From an uncultured Spirochaetales bacterium (GTDB lineage: Bacteria; Myxococcota_A; UBA9160; PR03): a stretch of DNA of 42,817 nt. A model generated the notes under the pieces. That model was given only the letters and a program-made list of their open reading frames with translations, did not search any database and was not told where the DNA came from. Made by a program: the position numbers and the translations under genes. The DNA is taken from the NCBI GenBank assembly GCA_964403735.1, contig CAYOHN010000001.1, positions 1 to 42,817 on the forward strand, in the 5' to 3' direction. Shown in pieces: positions 30,161-37,854 of the stretch (positions within the stretch are counted from its first letter, which is position 1; each line of letters starts with the position of its first letter).

Positions 30161-31830
30161 CAGATCCTCCGCTCCACGTGCGGGAAGCTGCGCCACACCG
30201 GCACTCCGCAGAAATGGCTGCCCTCGGTGCAGCGCGGGCGCACGAGGCCGTTGCGCACGAAACACGGGGGGCCGACGTGGCGCACCAGCTCCGGGTGCAC
30301 GTCCCGCACCTGCGCCAGCTCGTCCATCGACGCCTCGTAGATCTCGCGCTGCGCGTTGAGGCAGGTGCGCATCGTCCACTTGTGGAGCAGGTGCAACAGC
30401 GAACCCGACTCCTCGAAACGAACCGCCAGCGCATTCGGCAACACGTAGAGCGCCTGCTGCGGAGACACGCCGAGCGCCGACAGGCGCGCCCGGGCATCCC
30501 ACGCCGCCTCGACGGCCTCCTGGAACCTCGCGTGGCAGGCCGGGTCTTCGCGGATCAGCTCGGGTTCGACGACGTCCACGGCGGCGGGCACCGTGCGCGA
30601 GAGCAGCGGCCGCGACCCAGGCACCATCCGGTGTCGCTGATCCTGGGAGTCCGCCGTGTGCGAGAGCTTCTTGCGGAAGCTGTAGTGGGCGTGCTCGAGC
30701 GCACGCAGGATCGGTGCGTGGGTCGAGACGTTCAGCGTGTCGAGACGGTGCGGATTGCGGGCGGGATCGAGCGCCAATGCCAGCGCCTCGGCGTCGCCGA
30801 GGTCCGCGCGGCCGAGCACGTGGCGCACGGCATCCGCGACCACCTGCGGCGCCCGGGCGCCCCAATCCACCAACAACGCGCGGCGGCCGCCCAGCGACGC
30901 GTCGAACGCGGCGAGCGCTTCCCCGTCGCCGACTCCGGCCGGCGCGACGTGAGTCTCGACGACGTCCTCCTCGCGGAGCGCCGGATCCCCGATCTCGGAG
31001 AAGAACGCCGGGTCCACGCGCTCGACCGCGGCCAGCATCCGGCCGACGACGTCGCGAGCCTCGTCCGGCGCGTCGCAGGTGGCGGCCATGCGCCGGAGCC
31101 GGTGCAGCACCAGACCCGATACGGTGTAGACCATCGCCGTCTGCGTCGCGAGCGGAAGCACGTAGCGCGCGGTTTCGATCGCCTTCTTCTCGGCTTCCTT
31201 CGCGACGTTTTTGCCGAACGCCTCGTTCTTGCGCTGATCGAGCCGCCAGAGGTCCGAGAGGATCCCGCGCGTGAGGGGCGTCAGCCGCCGCGTCAGCTCG
31301 CGGTACGCACCCCAGGCTCGGGACACCGCCGCGACGTACACGGCTCGCGCTTCGCCGCCGAGCTCCGGCGGCACGTGGGCCCGTGCTTCGTCGAGCCGGA
31401 CGTATCGCTGACTCTGCTGCTCGGTGTTGTAGAACGGGAACGCGTGCAGGAAGCACCACACGAGCTGGCGCGAGATCCCGGACAGCGAGAACTCGAAGGT
31501 CGCGTGTTGGTAGACGGTGTGGTGGCCGCCCTGGAAGGTCAGCGGACCGATGTTGCGGCGCTGGCGGGGCGTGATCTCGTCGGCCTCGATCACGCGCGGC
31601 GAATAGCAGGTGCGCGCCGCGGCAATCGCGTCGTCGTACGGGCGCTCGAACCAGTTCCGGAGTCGGACCTCGGCGCCGCCGTCGACGACCGGGAAGGCCC
31701 CGGTCGCGTCGGACGACGCAGCGGATCGCCCGGTCGCGCGGTCGTCGGACGCGCGTGGGTCGATCGGCCGGTCGTCGACCGGCCGGTCGTCTACCGCGTG
31801 CTGGCCGATCGCGCGGGGGAGGGTGGTCAA
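30160..31830 (-). CDS. thyX: Tandem-domain ThyX-like (FAD-dependent thymidylate synthase family) protein
   Basis: 556 aa. The first half carries TEQQSQRYV (the S-x-R-Y part of the ThyX motif) without RHR. The second half carries SQDQRHRMVPGS (the RHR part). TTG start 31830 has GGAG 6 nt upstream. Confidence 0.55.
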   Translation of the reverse strand: MTTLPRAIGQHAVDDRPVDDRPIDPRASDDRATGRSAASSDATGAFPVVDGGAEVRLRNWFERPYDDAIAAARTCYSPRVIEADEITPRQRRNIGPLTFQGGHHTVYQHATFEFSLSGISRQLVWCFLHAFPFYNTEQQSQRYVRLDEARAHVPPELGGEARAVYVAAVSRAWGAYRELTRRLTPLTRGILSDLWRLDQRKNEAFGKNVAKEAEKKAIETARYVLPLATQTAMVYTVSGLVLHRLRRMAATCDAPDEARDVVGRMLAAVERVDPAFFSEIGDPALREEDVVETHVAPAGVGDGEALAAFDASLGGRRALLVDWGARAPQVVADAVRHVLGRADLGDAEALALALDPARNPHRLDTLNVSTHAPILRALEHAHYSFRKKLSHTADSQDQRHRMVPGSRPLLSRTVPAAVDVVEPELIREDPACHARFQEAVEAAWDARARLSALGVSPQQALYVLPNALAVRFEESGSLLHLLHKWTMRTCLNAQREIYEASMDELAQVRDVHPELVRHVGPPCFVRNGLVRPRCTEGSHFCGVPVWRSFPHVERRI

Positions 31831-31941
31831 CCGAAGCTCCGTGGGTGGATCGCGGTACTCTGGCAGAGGCCCACCGCAGCAGCAACGACCTCCCGGCGAC
31901 GCGAGCGAGTGCAGCCGCGAGGGGCGCTGAATTGCTCATTT

Positions 31942-31956
31942 TGGACAGCGCTTTGC
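31942..31956 (+). promoter_or_regulatory. Weaker -24/-12 (sigma-54-like) element
   Basis: TGGACAGCGCTTTGC has GG-N10-GC spacing. 15 of 20 positions are identical to the consensus-quality element 149 bp downstream. Both are followed by CCCT. Confidence 0.35.
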
Positions 31957-32090
31957 CCCTAGCGCCGCGCACGATCCGCCGGGCGCCTACCGGCGCGTTC
32001 TGCGACCGGACGGCGGGTTTCGGCGCCGAGGGCGGCGGTTGCGGGCGCGGATGCGCTAACGCTGCGCGTCAGTGAGGCGCGCGCGAGCGT

Positions 32091-32105
32091 TGGCACGTGG
32101 TTTGC
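32091..32105 (+). promoter_or_regulatory. Sigma-54 (-24/-12) promoter upstream of the EBP-like/kinase operon
   Basis: TGGCACGTGGTTTGC fits TGGCACG-N4-TTGC exactly. GG is at 32092-93 and GC at 32104-05 (N10). Confidence 0.7.
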
Positions 32106-32206
32106 CCCTTCGCCCGTGGCGAGCCGTGTGCCCGCGGACCCCAACCGCGCGAGACTCCGCAGCGAGATCTCGCCCCCCCACCCGGCAGCAGCGGAGACAG
32201 CGGAAC

Positions 32207-34240
32207 TTGGCGGCGAGCTTCTGGATCTTGCATCGCGACCCGCGCTGGCGCGAGGCGCTTCGGCGCCTCGTCGGAGGCGCTCCGCTGCTCGGCGACCCGG
32301 CCGATCCGAGCGCGCTGGCCGACGCGCCGCGGCCGCAGGCGATCCTGCTCGGCGCGAGCGGTGACTTCGAGGCGGAGCTGGCTTGGGCGCACCGCGTGGC
32401 GTCTCGCGGATCTCGGAGCCCATTGGCGGACGCCGGCGGCCCCGCCGACGGCGCGCCGCCGTTGTGGCTGGTCCTCGTCGAGCCGCGCGATGTGGCGGAG
32501 GCGCGGCGCCTGTTCGACGGGCTGCCCGCCGACGTGCTCGCCGTTTCCGGGGACCTCGCGGAGCTGCGGGCGACGCTGCGCGCGGCGTTGGCGCGCCGCC
32601 GCGCGGCGGCGCTCTCCGAGCGCCGCCAGCGCGATCGGTTGCAGGCGCGCTTCTCGCGCTGGCTCGGAGACCTCGACGCACCGGAGCTGCTGGCGGCCAT
32701 CGATCCGGCGCGGCGCGCGCTGCCGCTGCTGATCCGCGGAGAACCGGGGACCGGGCGCGGCCTGCTCGCTCGCTATCTCCACCTCCAGGCCGGCACGGGC
32801 GGTGACGCAGGGGGCTGCTTCGCGAGCCTTTCCTGTGGACCGGACCTCGAAGCCGGGCCGCTGCTCGCCGGGATCGTCCCCGAGGTGGGAAACCCGAGCG
32901 CCGCGCAGTCGCTGACCCTCTGCGTCGAGGACGCCGACGCGCTCGCGCCGGCGGTGCAGCGGAGGCTGGCGCACTGGATCGAGAACGGGCCTCCGCCGGG
33001 CCTGCTCCGCGGTTCGCCGTTGCGCTGGATGGCCACTGCGGGAGATCCCGTCCGCGACGAGCGGCTCGAGCCAGACCTCGCGCGCGCGCTGGCCGGACTC
33101 TTCGTGCGCATCCCGCCGCTGCGCGACCGGCTCGAAGCGGTGAAGCGGATCGCAGAGGAGACGGCGCAGGAATGGATCGCGCTGCGCGGGGGCCAGCCGG
33201 AAGCTCGGAGTGCCGCGCGCTTTGCAGACGACGCCCTCGCCGCCCTGCACTCCCATGCATGGCCCGGGAACGCACGCGAACTCGAGGCCGTCGTCCGGCG
33301 CACGCTCGCCACGACGCGTCGGGATCCGGTTCGCGCGGCCGATCTGGTGTTCGACGCACTCGTGGTGGGGCCACTCGGGATCCAGCATGACGCGCCGGAT
33401 GGCGCGTATGACGCAGACGGGAGTTACTTTGACGCAAGCGTCATGACCGATCCCGCAGCGACCCCCGCCGATGACGCACCGCCGCCTGCCGCGTCGGATC
33501 CGACCGAGCCCACCGCGAACGGATCTCCTGCCCGGGGACCGCACGACCGGGGACCGTACGACGTCCGGGCGAGCGTCGACGCCCCTTTTCGCCGGCTCGC
33601 CGGCGCCGTCGCTCACGAAGTCGGCAACCCGCTCGTCGGAATTCGCACCTTTGCGCAGATGCTGCCGAGCCGCTTCGACGACCCCGAGTTCCGCGAGCAG
33701 TTTGCCGCCCGGGTCGAAGCGGATACTCGCCGCATCGAAGCCGTCGTCGACACGCTGGCGCGGCTCGGCTCGCTGCCCCCGCCGGCGCGAACCGCCGTCG
33801 ACGTCTCGGGGCTGATCGCCCGGCTGCTCCAGCTCCAGCGGCCGCGGATCCAGGAAGGGCGACTCGTCGTGCTCGAAGAGCTCGACCGGGAGTCTCCGCA
33901 CGCGCTGGGCGATGCCGAGCAGCTGCGGTTTGCGCTCGGGCTGTTGCTCGAAGAGGCGCTGGCTTCGCTCGCCGCGTCTTCGCTCGCCGAGCCGGGAGAT
34001 CTCTACGTCGCGACGACGCATCAACCGGCAACCGCTGCGGGTGGCGACGCCCGGCTGCGGATTCTCGTGCGCTCGCGCGGCGGTCCGCGCCAGGCCGTGG
34101 ACGTGGGACTGCGGGCGAGCGAGAACACGCTCGCCGTCGCGGCCGTCGAGGCGATCGTCCGCGCGCACGATGGCTCGCTCACCGTCGAGACCGGCGTCCC
34201 CGGCGAGACGCTGGTCCTGATCGAGCTGCCGGCGCCGTAG
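32207..34240 (+). CDS. Fusion protein: receiver-like N-terminus + degenerate sigma-54-activator AAA+ domain + HisKA + degenerate HATPase_c
   Basis: The AAA+ part has LLIRGEPGTGRG (Walker A Lys replaced by Arg), LCVEDAD in place of LFLDE, no GAFTGA, and AWPGNARELE. It is followed by the H-box AVAHEVGNPLVGIRTF. The C-terminal CA-like region lacks the N-box Asn (LLLEEAL) and the G1/G2 boxes. Start moved to TTG 32207 because listed start 32072 lies upstream of the promoter. Confidence 0.75.
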   Translation: MAASFWILHRDPRWREALRRLVGGAPLLGDPADPSALADAPRPQAILLGASGDFEAELAWAHRVASRGSRSPLADAGGPADGAPPLWLVLVEPRDVAEARRLFDGLPADVLAVSGDLAELRATLRAALARRRAAALSERRQRDRLQARFSRWLGDLDAPELLAAIDPARRALPLLIRGEPGTGRGLLARYLHLQAGTGGDAGGCFASLSCGPDLEAGPLLAGIVPEVGNPSAAQSLTLCVEDADALAPAVQRRLAHWIENGPPPGLLRGSPLRWMATAGDPVRDERLEPDLARALAGLFVRIPPLRDRLEAVKRIAEETAQEWIALRGGQPEARSAARFADDALAALHSHAWPGNARELEAVVRRTLATTRRDPVRAADLVFDALVVGPLGIQHDAPDGAYDADGSYFDASVMTDPAATPADDAPPPAASDPTEPTANGSPARGPHDRGPYDVRASVDAPFRRLAGAVAHEVGNPLVGIRTFAQMLPSRFDDPEFREQFAARVEADTRRIEAVVDTLARLGSLPPPARTAVDVSGLIARLLQLQRPRIQEGRLVVLEELDRESPHALGDAEQLRFALGLLLEEALASLAASSLAEPGDLYVATTHQPATAAGGDARLRILVRSRGGPRQAVDVGLRASENTLAVAAVEAIVRAHDGSLTVETGVPGETLVLIELPAP

Positions 34241-34363
34241 CGACGGGCGGCTCCCGCCGTGGCGGCGGAGTCGGCGGCGCCCGCCGGCGCTGGGTCGCTC
34301 TGGCAGCTCGTGCAGCCCGGGAGCGGGCGCGACTCGCTCGCTGCGCGGTACCTTCGGCTGGGA

Positions 34364-35776
34364 ATGAGCCGGATCCTGGTCGTCGACGATGAGCAAGGCG
34401 TGCGGGAGTCCCTGCGCCTGCTGCTGAAGGACGAGCACGAGGTCGCCGCCGTCGGCAGCGTCGACGAGGCCCTGCGCGCGCTCGACGAGCAGGCGGCGGA
34501 CCTGGTGCTGCTGGACCTCGTCATGCCGGGCCGCAGCGGCCTCGAGCTGTTGCGCGAGTTCGCCGAGCGCGGCGAGGGCCCGCCGGTGGTCATGGTCTCG
34601 GCGACGCGCGCCATCCCGGCCGCCGTCGAGGCGATGAAGCTCGGCGCGGTGGACTTCGTGACGAAGCCGTTCGAGGTCGACGCGCTGCGCATCAAGGTGC
34701 GGCAGATCCTCGAACACCGCGAGCTCGAGCGAGAGGTGGTGCGGCTGCGCGACGAGATCGCCGAGCGCTCGCGCTTCGGGCGACTGATCGGCCGCAGCGA
34801 CGCGATGCGCGCAGTGTACCGGACCATCGAGCGGGTCGCGGAGGCGCGCGCGAACGTGCTGATCACCGGAGAGAGCGGAACCGGCAAGGAACTCGTCGCC
34901 CGCGCGATCCACGAGTTGGGGCCGCGACGCGACGCGCCGCTGGTCGTCGTCAACTGCGCGGCGATTCCCGAGACGCTGATGGAGAGCGAGCTCTTCGGCC
35001 ACGAGCGGGGCTCGTTCACCGACGCCCGCGAACGCAGGATCGGCAAGTTCGAAGCGGCGAACGGCGGGACGCTCTTTCTCGACGAGATCGCCGAGCTTCC
35101 GCTCGGCGTCCAGGCGAAGCTGCTGCGAGCACTGCAGGAGCGCAGCGTCGAGCGGGTCGGGTCGAACCTTTCGATTCCCGTGGACGTGCGGGTGCTTGCG
35201 GCGACCAACCAGGATCTCGAGCGGGCGGTCGCCGCTGGCCGGTTCCGCCCGGACCTGTTCTATCGGATCCACGTGGTGCCGATCGCGCTGCCGCCGCTGC
35301 GCGATCGCCGCGAGGACATCCGGCTGCTGGCCGAGACCTTCCTCGCGCGCGCGCGCGCCGATGCCGACCGCGGTCCGTCGCGGATCGCCGCCGCGGCCGC
35401 CGCCGCGCTCGAACGCCATTCGTGGCCCGGCAACGTCCGCGAACTCGAGAATGCGATCGAACGCGCGGTCGCGCTGGCCGATGGAGACGTCCTCGAGCTG
35501 ACCGATCTGCCCGACGAGATTCAGCAGGCCGCTCGGCACGAGGGATTGCGCGACGAGGTCCGCGCCGGCCGCGTCGATCTCGAAACCGCCGTCGCCCGCT
35601 TCGAGGGCGAGCTGCTCCGCGAGACGCTGCTGCGGACCGGGGGCAACCAGACCCGGGCGGCCGAACGGCTCGGGATCACGCGGCGCGTGCTGAAGCTCAA
35701 GATGGACCGCTACGGTCTCGCGTCTTCCCCAGGCGGCGAGAGCGATGCGAACGAGTTCGCAAAGCTGGAGCTCTGA
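34364..35776 (+). CDS. NtrC-family sigma-54-dependent response regulator (REC + AAA+ + Fis-type HTH)
   Basis: ILVVDDEQGVRE..LVLLDLVMPG..FVTKPF; LITGESGTGKE; GSFTDA in the GAFTGA position; TLFLDEI; SWPGNVRELEN; HTH GGNQTRAAERLGITRRVLKLKMDRYGL. Confidence 0.9.
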   Translation: MSRILVVDDEQGVRESLRLLLKDEHEVAAVGSVDEALRALDEQAADLVLLDLVMPGRSGLELLREFAERGEGPPVVMVSATRAIPAAVEAMKLGAVDFVTKPFEVDALRIKVRQILEHRELEREVVRLRDEIAERSRFGRLIGRSDAMRAVYRTIERVAEARANVLITGESGTGKELVARAIHELGPRRDAPLVVVNCAAIPETLMESELFGHERGSFTDARERRIGKFEAANGGTLFLDEIAELPLGVQAKLLRALQERSVERVGSNLSIPVDVRVLAATNQDLERAVAAGRFRPDLFYRIHVVPIALPPLRDRREDIRLLAETFLARARADADRGPSRIAAAAAAALERHSWPGNVRELENAIERAVALADGDVLELTDLPDEIQQAARHEGLRDEVRAGRVDLETAVARFEGELLRETLLRTGGNQTRAAERLGITRRVLKLKMDRYGLASSPGGESDANEFAKLEL

Positions 35777-35793
35777 CGGCCGAAGGCCCTGCC

Positions 35794-35927
35794 GTTCCTA
35801 CCGTTCTTGTCGTTCCGATCGGAACAGTTCCATTTCCAGAATGAAATCGGATACTTGGAACGGATCTGGCGGGCCGGGCGTTCGCGTCGGAACGTTTCCG
35901 GCGCCGCGCAGCGAGCGGCACCGGAAC
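35794..35927. promoter_or_regulatory. Cluster of GTTCC/GGAAC half-sites and palindromes (candidate enhancer/UAS)
   Basis: GTTCCGATCGGAAC is a perfect 14-bp palindrome at 35812-35825 and overlaps GGAACAGTTCC at 35821-35831. CGGAA-CGT-TTCCG is at 35888-35900. Extra GGAAC occur at 35857 and 35923, and GTTCC at 35794. The cluster lies 60-190 bp upstream of the -24 element. Confidence 0.5.
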
Positions 35928-35982
35928 GAAAAATCATCGATCGGTCGGGCCCTTGCGGGCGATCTAGAGGATCGCCGGCGGC

Positions 35983-35997
35983 TGGCATGTGTTTTGC
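35983..35997 (+). promoter_or_regulatory. Sigma-54 (-24/-12) promoter upstream of the HD-GYP/PilZ operon
   Basis: TGGCATGTGTTTTGC has GG at 35984-85, N10, and GC at 35996-97. GGAGG at 36032-36036 and GTG 36043 follow. Confidence 0.75.
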
Positions 35998-36042
35998 GAT
36001 CGCGTCGAGAGGCTCGCGAGGCCAACCCCCCGGAGGCTTCCC

Positions 36043-37254
36043 GTGATCGACCGATGCCAGCCGCGAGCCACCGTGCTCGTCGTCGACGACGAGCGTGGCC
36101 CGCGCGAGTCTCTCCGCATGATCCTGTCCCCGGTCTACCGCGTGCTCGCGGTCACGACCGGCAGCGAAGCCGTCGAGGTGCTGCGCACGACTCCGGTGGA
36201 TGTCGTAACGCTGGACCTGGCGATGCCGGGCCTGCGCGGCGCCGAGCTGATCCGCCTGGTCCGCGGCGAGTTCCCCGATGTCGAGCTGATCGTCATCACG
36301 GGGCACGGAACGCTCGAGTCGGCCACCGAAGGCATCCGCTGGGGCATCGCCGACTATCTCCAGAAGCCGTTCGACGTGATGCAGGTGACGGCGGCGGTCT
36401 ATCGGGCGCTGGCGCGGAGGAGGGGCCGCTGCCGGCTCGTGAGCTTCCTCGAAGAACTCGGCGACACGGTGGGGCGCGACGCCGACGTCGCGAACATCCT
36501 GGCGCGCGTCGAAGACAGCTCGGACCTGCGCGGCCGGCTCGGCGAACTCCTCGCCAAGCAGGTCGGGGATCCGGCGCCGGCGGACTGCTTCGACCCGGAC
36601 CGCGTGCTGCCGTTCTTCGAGGTGCTCGCGCAGGCCGGCGAGGCCCAGGATCCCTACCAGCGCGGCCATGGGCGACGCGTCGCGTTCTTCGCCACGCTGC
36701 TCGCCGACCGCCTGTGTCTGTCGGCGGAGCAGAAGCGCAACACGCGCATCGCGGCGTTCCTGCACGACATCGGCAAGATCGGCGTCCCGGCCGAAGTGCT
36801 CGCGCGGCGCGGGGAGCTGGCCGAACCGGAGCGGCGGATCATCGAACGCCACTGCGAGATCGGCGGGCGCCTGCTCGAGCCGCTCGGACTCAGCGCAGAG
36901 ATCGTCGGCGCAGTCCGCCATCACCACGAGCGCTGGGACGGCTGTGGCTATCCCGACGGACTCGCCGGAGAAGCGATCCCGCTCGGCGCACGGATCGTGC
37001 AGATCGCCGACGCGTTCGACGCGATGACGACGGACCGTCCCTGGCGCTGCGCGCGGACGCAGGCCGCAGCGATCGGCGAGCTGCGCCGCGAAGCGGATGG
37101 CCAGTTCGACCCGACGCTGGCCAAGGAGTTCGCCGTCCTCCTCGAGAGCGGCGTGTGCGACATGGACATCGAACGCGTGGCCGACGCGATGGCAACCGCC
37201 AGCGCGGCCACGCGGGTCTCGGCTGCGCCGTCGGCGTTGCGAAGGGCAGGATGA
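36043..37254 (+). CDS. Response regulator with an HD-GYP domain (candidate c-di-GMP phosphodiesterase)
   Basis: REC: TVLVVDDERG..VVTLDLAMPG..VITGHG..YLQKPF. HD-GYP: AAFLHDIGKIGVP, HHERWDGCGYPDG, IADAFDAMTTDRP. Start is GTG 36043. Listed ATG 35989 sits inside the promoter. Confidence 0.85.
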   Translation: MIDRCQPRATVLVVDDERGPRESLRMILSPVYRVLAVTTGSEAVEVLRTTPVDVVTLDLAMPGLRGAELIRLVRGEFPDVELIVITGHGTLESATEGIRWGIADYLQKPFDVMQVTAAVYRALARRRGRCRLVSFLEELGDTVGRDADVANILARVEDSSDLRGRLGELLAKQVGDPAPADCFDPDRVLPFFEVLAQAGEAQDPYQRGHGRRVAFFATLLADRLCLSAEQKRNTRIAAFLHDIGKIGVPAEVLARRGELAEPERRIIERHCEIGGRLLEPLGLSAEIVGAVRHHHERWDGCGYPDGLAGEAIPLGARIVQIADAFDAMTTDRPWRCARTQAAAIGELRREADGQFDPTLAKEFAVLLESGVCDMDIERVADAMATASAATRVSAAPSALRRAG

Positions 37255-37775
37255 GCAGAGGGGGGCAACCGATGCGCGGAGCAGGGGGCCAGCTCGCGTT
37301 CGATTTCGGGGGGAACGCGAGCGCCGGTAGGCCGCGTCCCGTGCGCAAGGTGCGACGGGACGATGCCGTGCGACTGGTGGAGTACGCACCGTTTCCGCGG
37401 ATCCAGAGGGATTCGCGCTGGCGGCACGGCTTCACGCTCGACCTTTCGTCGCGGGGCCTGTGTGTCCGGACGAAGGACGTCGCGCCGGTGGGCTCCTGGC
37501 TTCGCATCATCCTTCGCAGCGTCGACGGACAGCCGACTCTCGATTGCGTCGCCCGGGTGGCGTGGTCCGAGGATCGGGGCGGATCCCCGCGCATGGGCCT
37601 CGAGGTCATCGAACGGAAGGGGCCCCTGCGCGTACGCCGGGATCTCCCGGTTCCCGCGGCGTCGCCGTCGCGACGCGAGCACTCGGACTCCGCGCCGCGC
37701 GCCATCGCGCCGCCGCTCGCGCTCGTGCACCGCAGCCGCATCGACGCGGGCGCGCCGGCGGCCGTTGCCTCCTGA
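37251..37775 (+). CDS. PilZ-like domain protein
   Basis: RKVRRDDAVR (RxxxR-type) followed about 25 aa later by DLSSRGLCV (DxSxxG). ATG 37251 overlaps the HD-GYP stop (ATGA). In frame with listed ORF 35745..37775. Confidence 0.65.
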   Translation: MSRGGQPMRGAGGQLAFDFGGNASAGRPRPVRKVRRDDAVRLVEYAPFPRIQRDSRWRHGFTLDLSSRGLCVRTKDVAPVGSWLRIILRSVDGQPTLDCVARVAWSEDRGGSPRMGLEVIERKGPLRVRRDLPVPAASPSRREHSDSAPRAIAPPLALVHRSRIDAGAPAAVAS

Positions 37776-37854
37776 TCGCTGCGGCCGCTGGATCGTTCCC
37801 TCACCTCGCCGGACGCATTCGACCGGCCGCCGCGGATGGCTGCCGGCGCCGCGA

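Noticed and set aside
32072-32206. Listed ORF starts at 32072 (EBP-like/kinase gene) and 35989 (HD-GYP gene)
   Set aside because: Both lie upstream of or inside consensus -24/-12 promoters (32091-32105 and 35983-35997). In-frame downstream starts with SD-like sequences (TTG 32207, GTG 36043) fit better.
32069-35539. Very long Arg/Ala/Pro-rich ORFs on the strand opposite to, or out of frame with, recognisable genes. Examples: 32069..35539 minus (1156 aa), 5887..8112 minus, 1309..3492 plus, 18268..20568 plus, 21397..24165 plus, 4087..5763 minus, 29141..31972 N-terminal part.
   Set aside because: They overlap ORFs that carry clear family motifs. They have arginine- and proline-dominated compositions typical of stop-codon-poor alternative frames in high-GC DNA. 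They show no motifs of their own.
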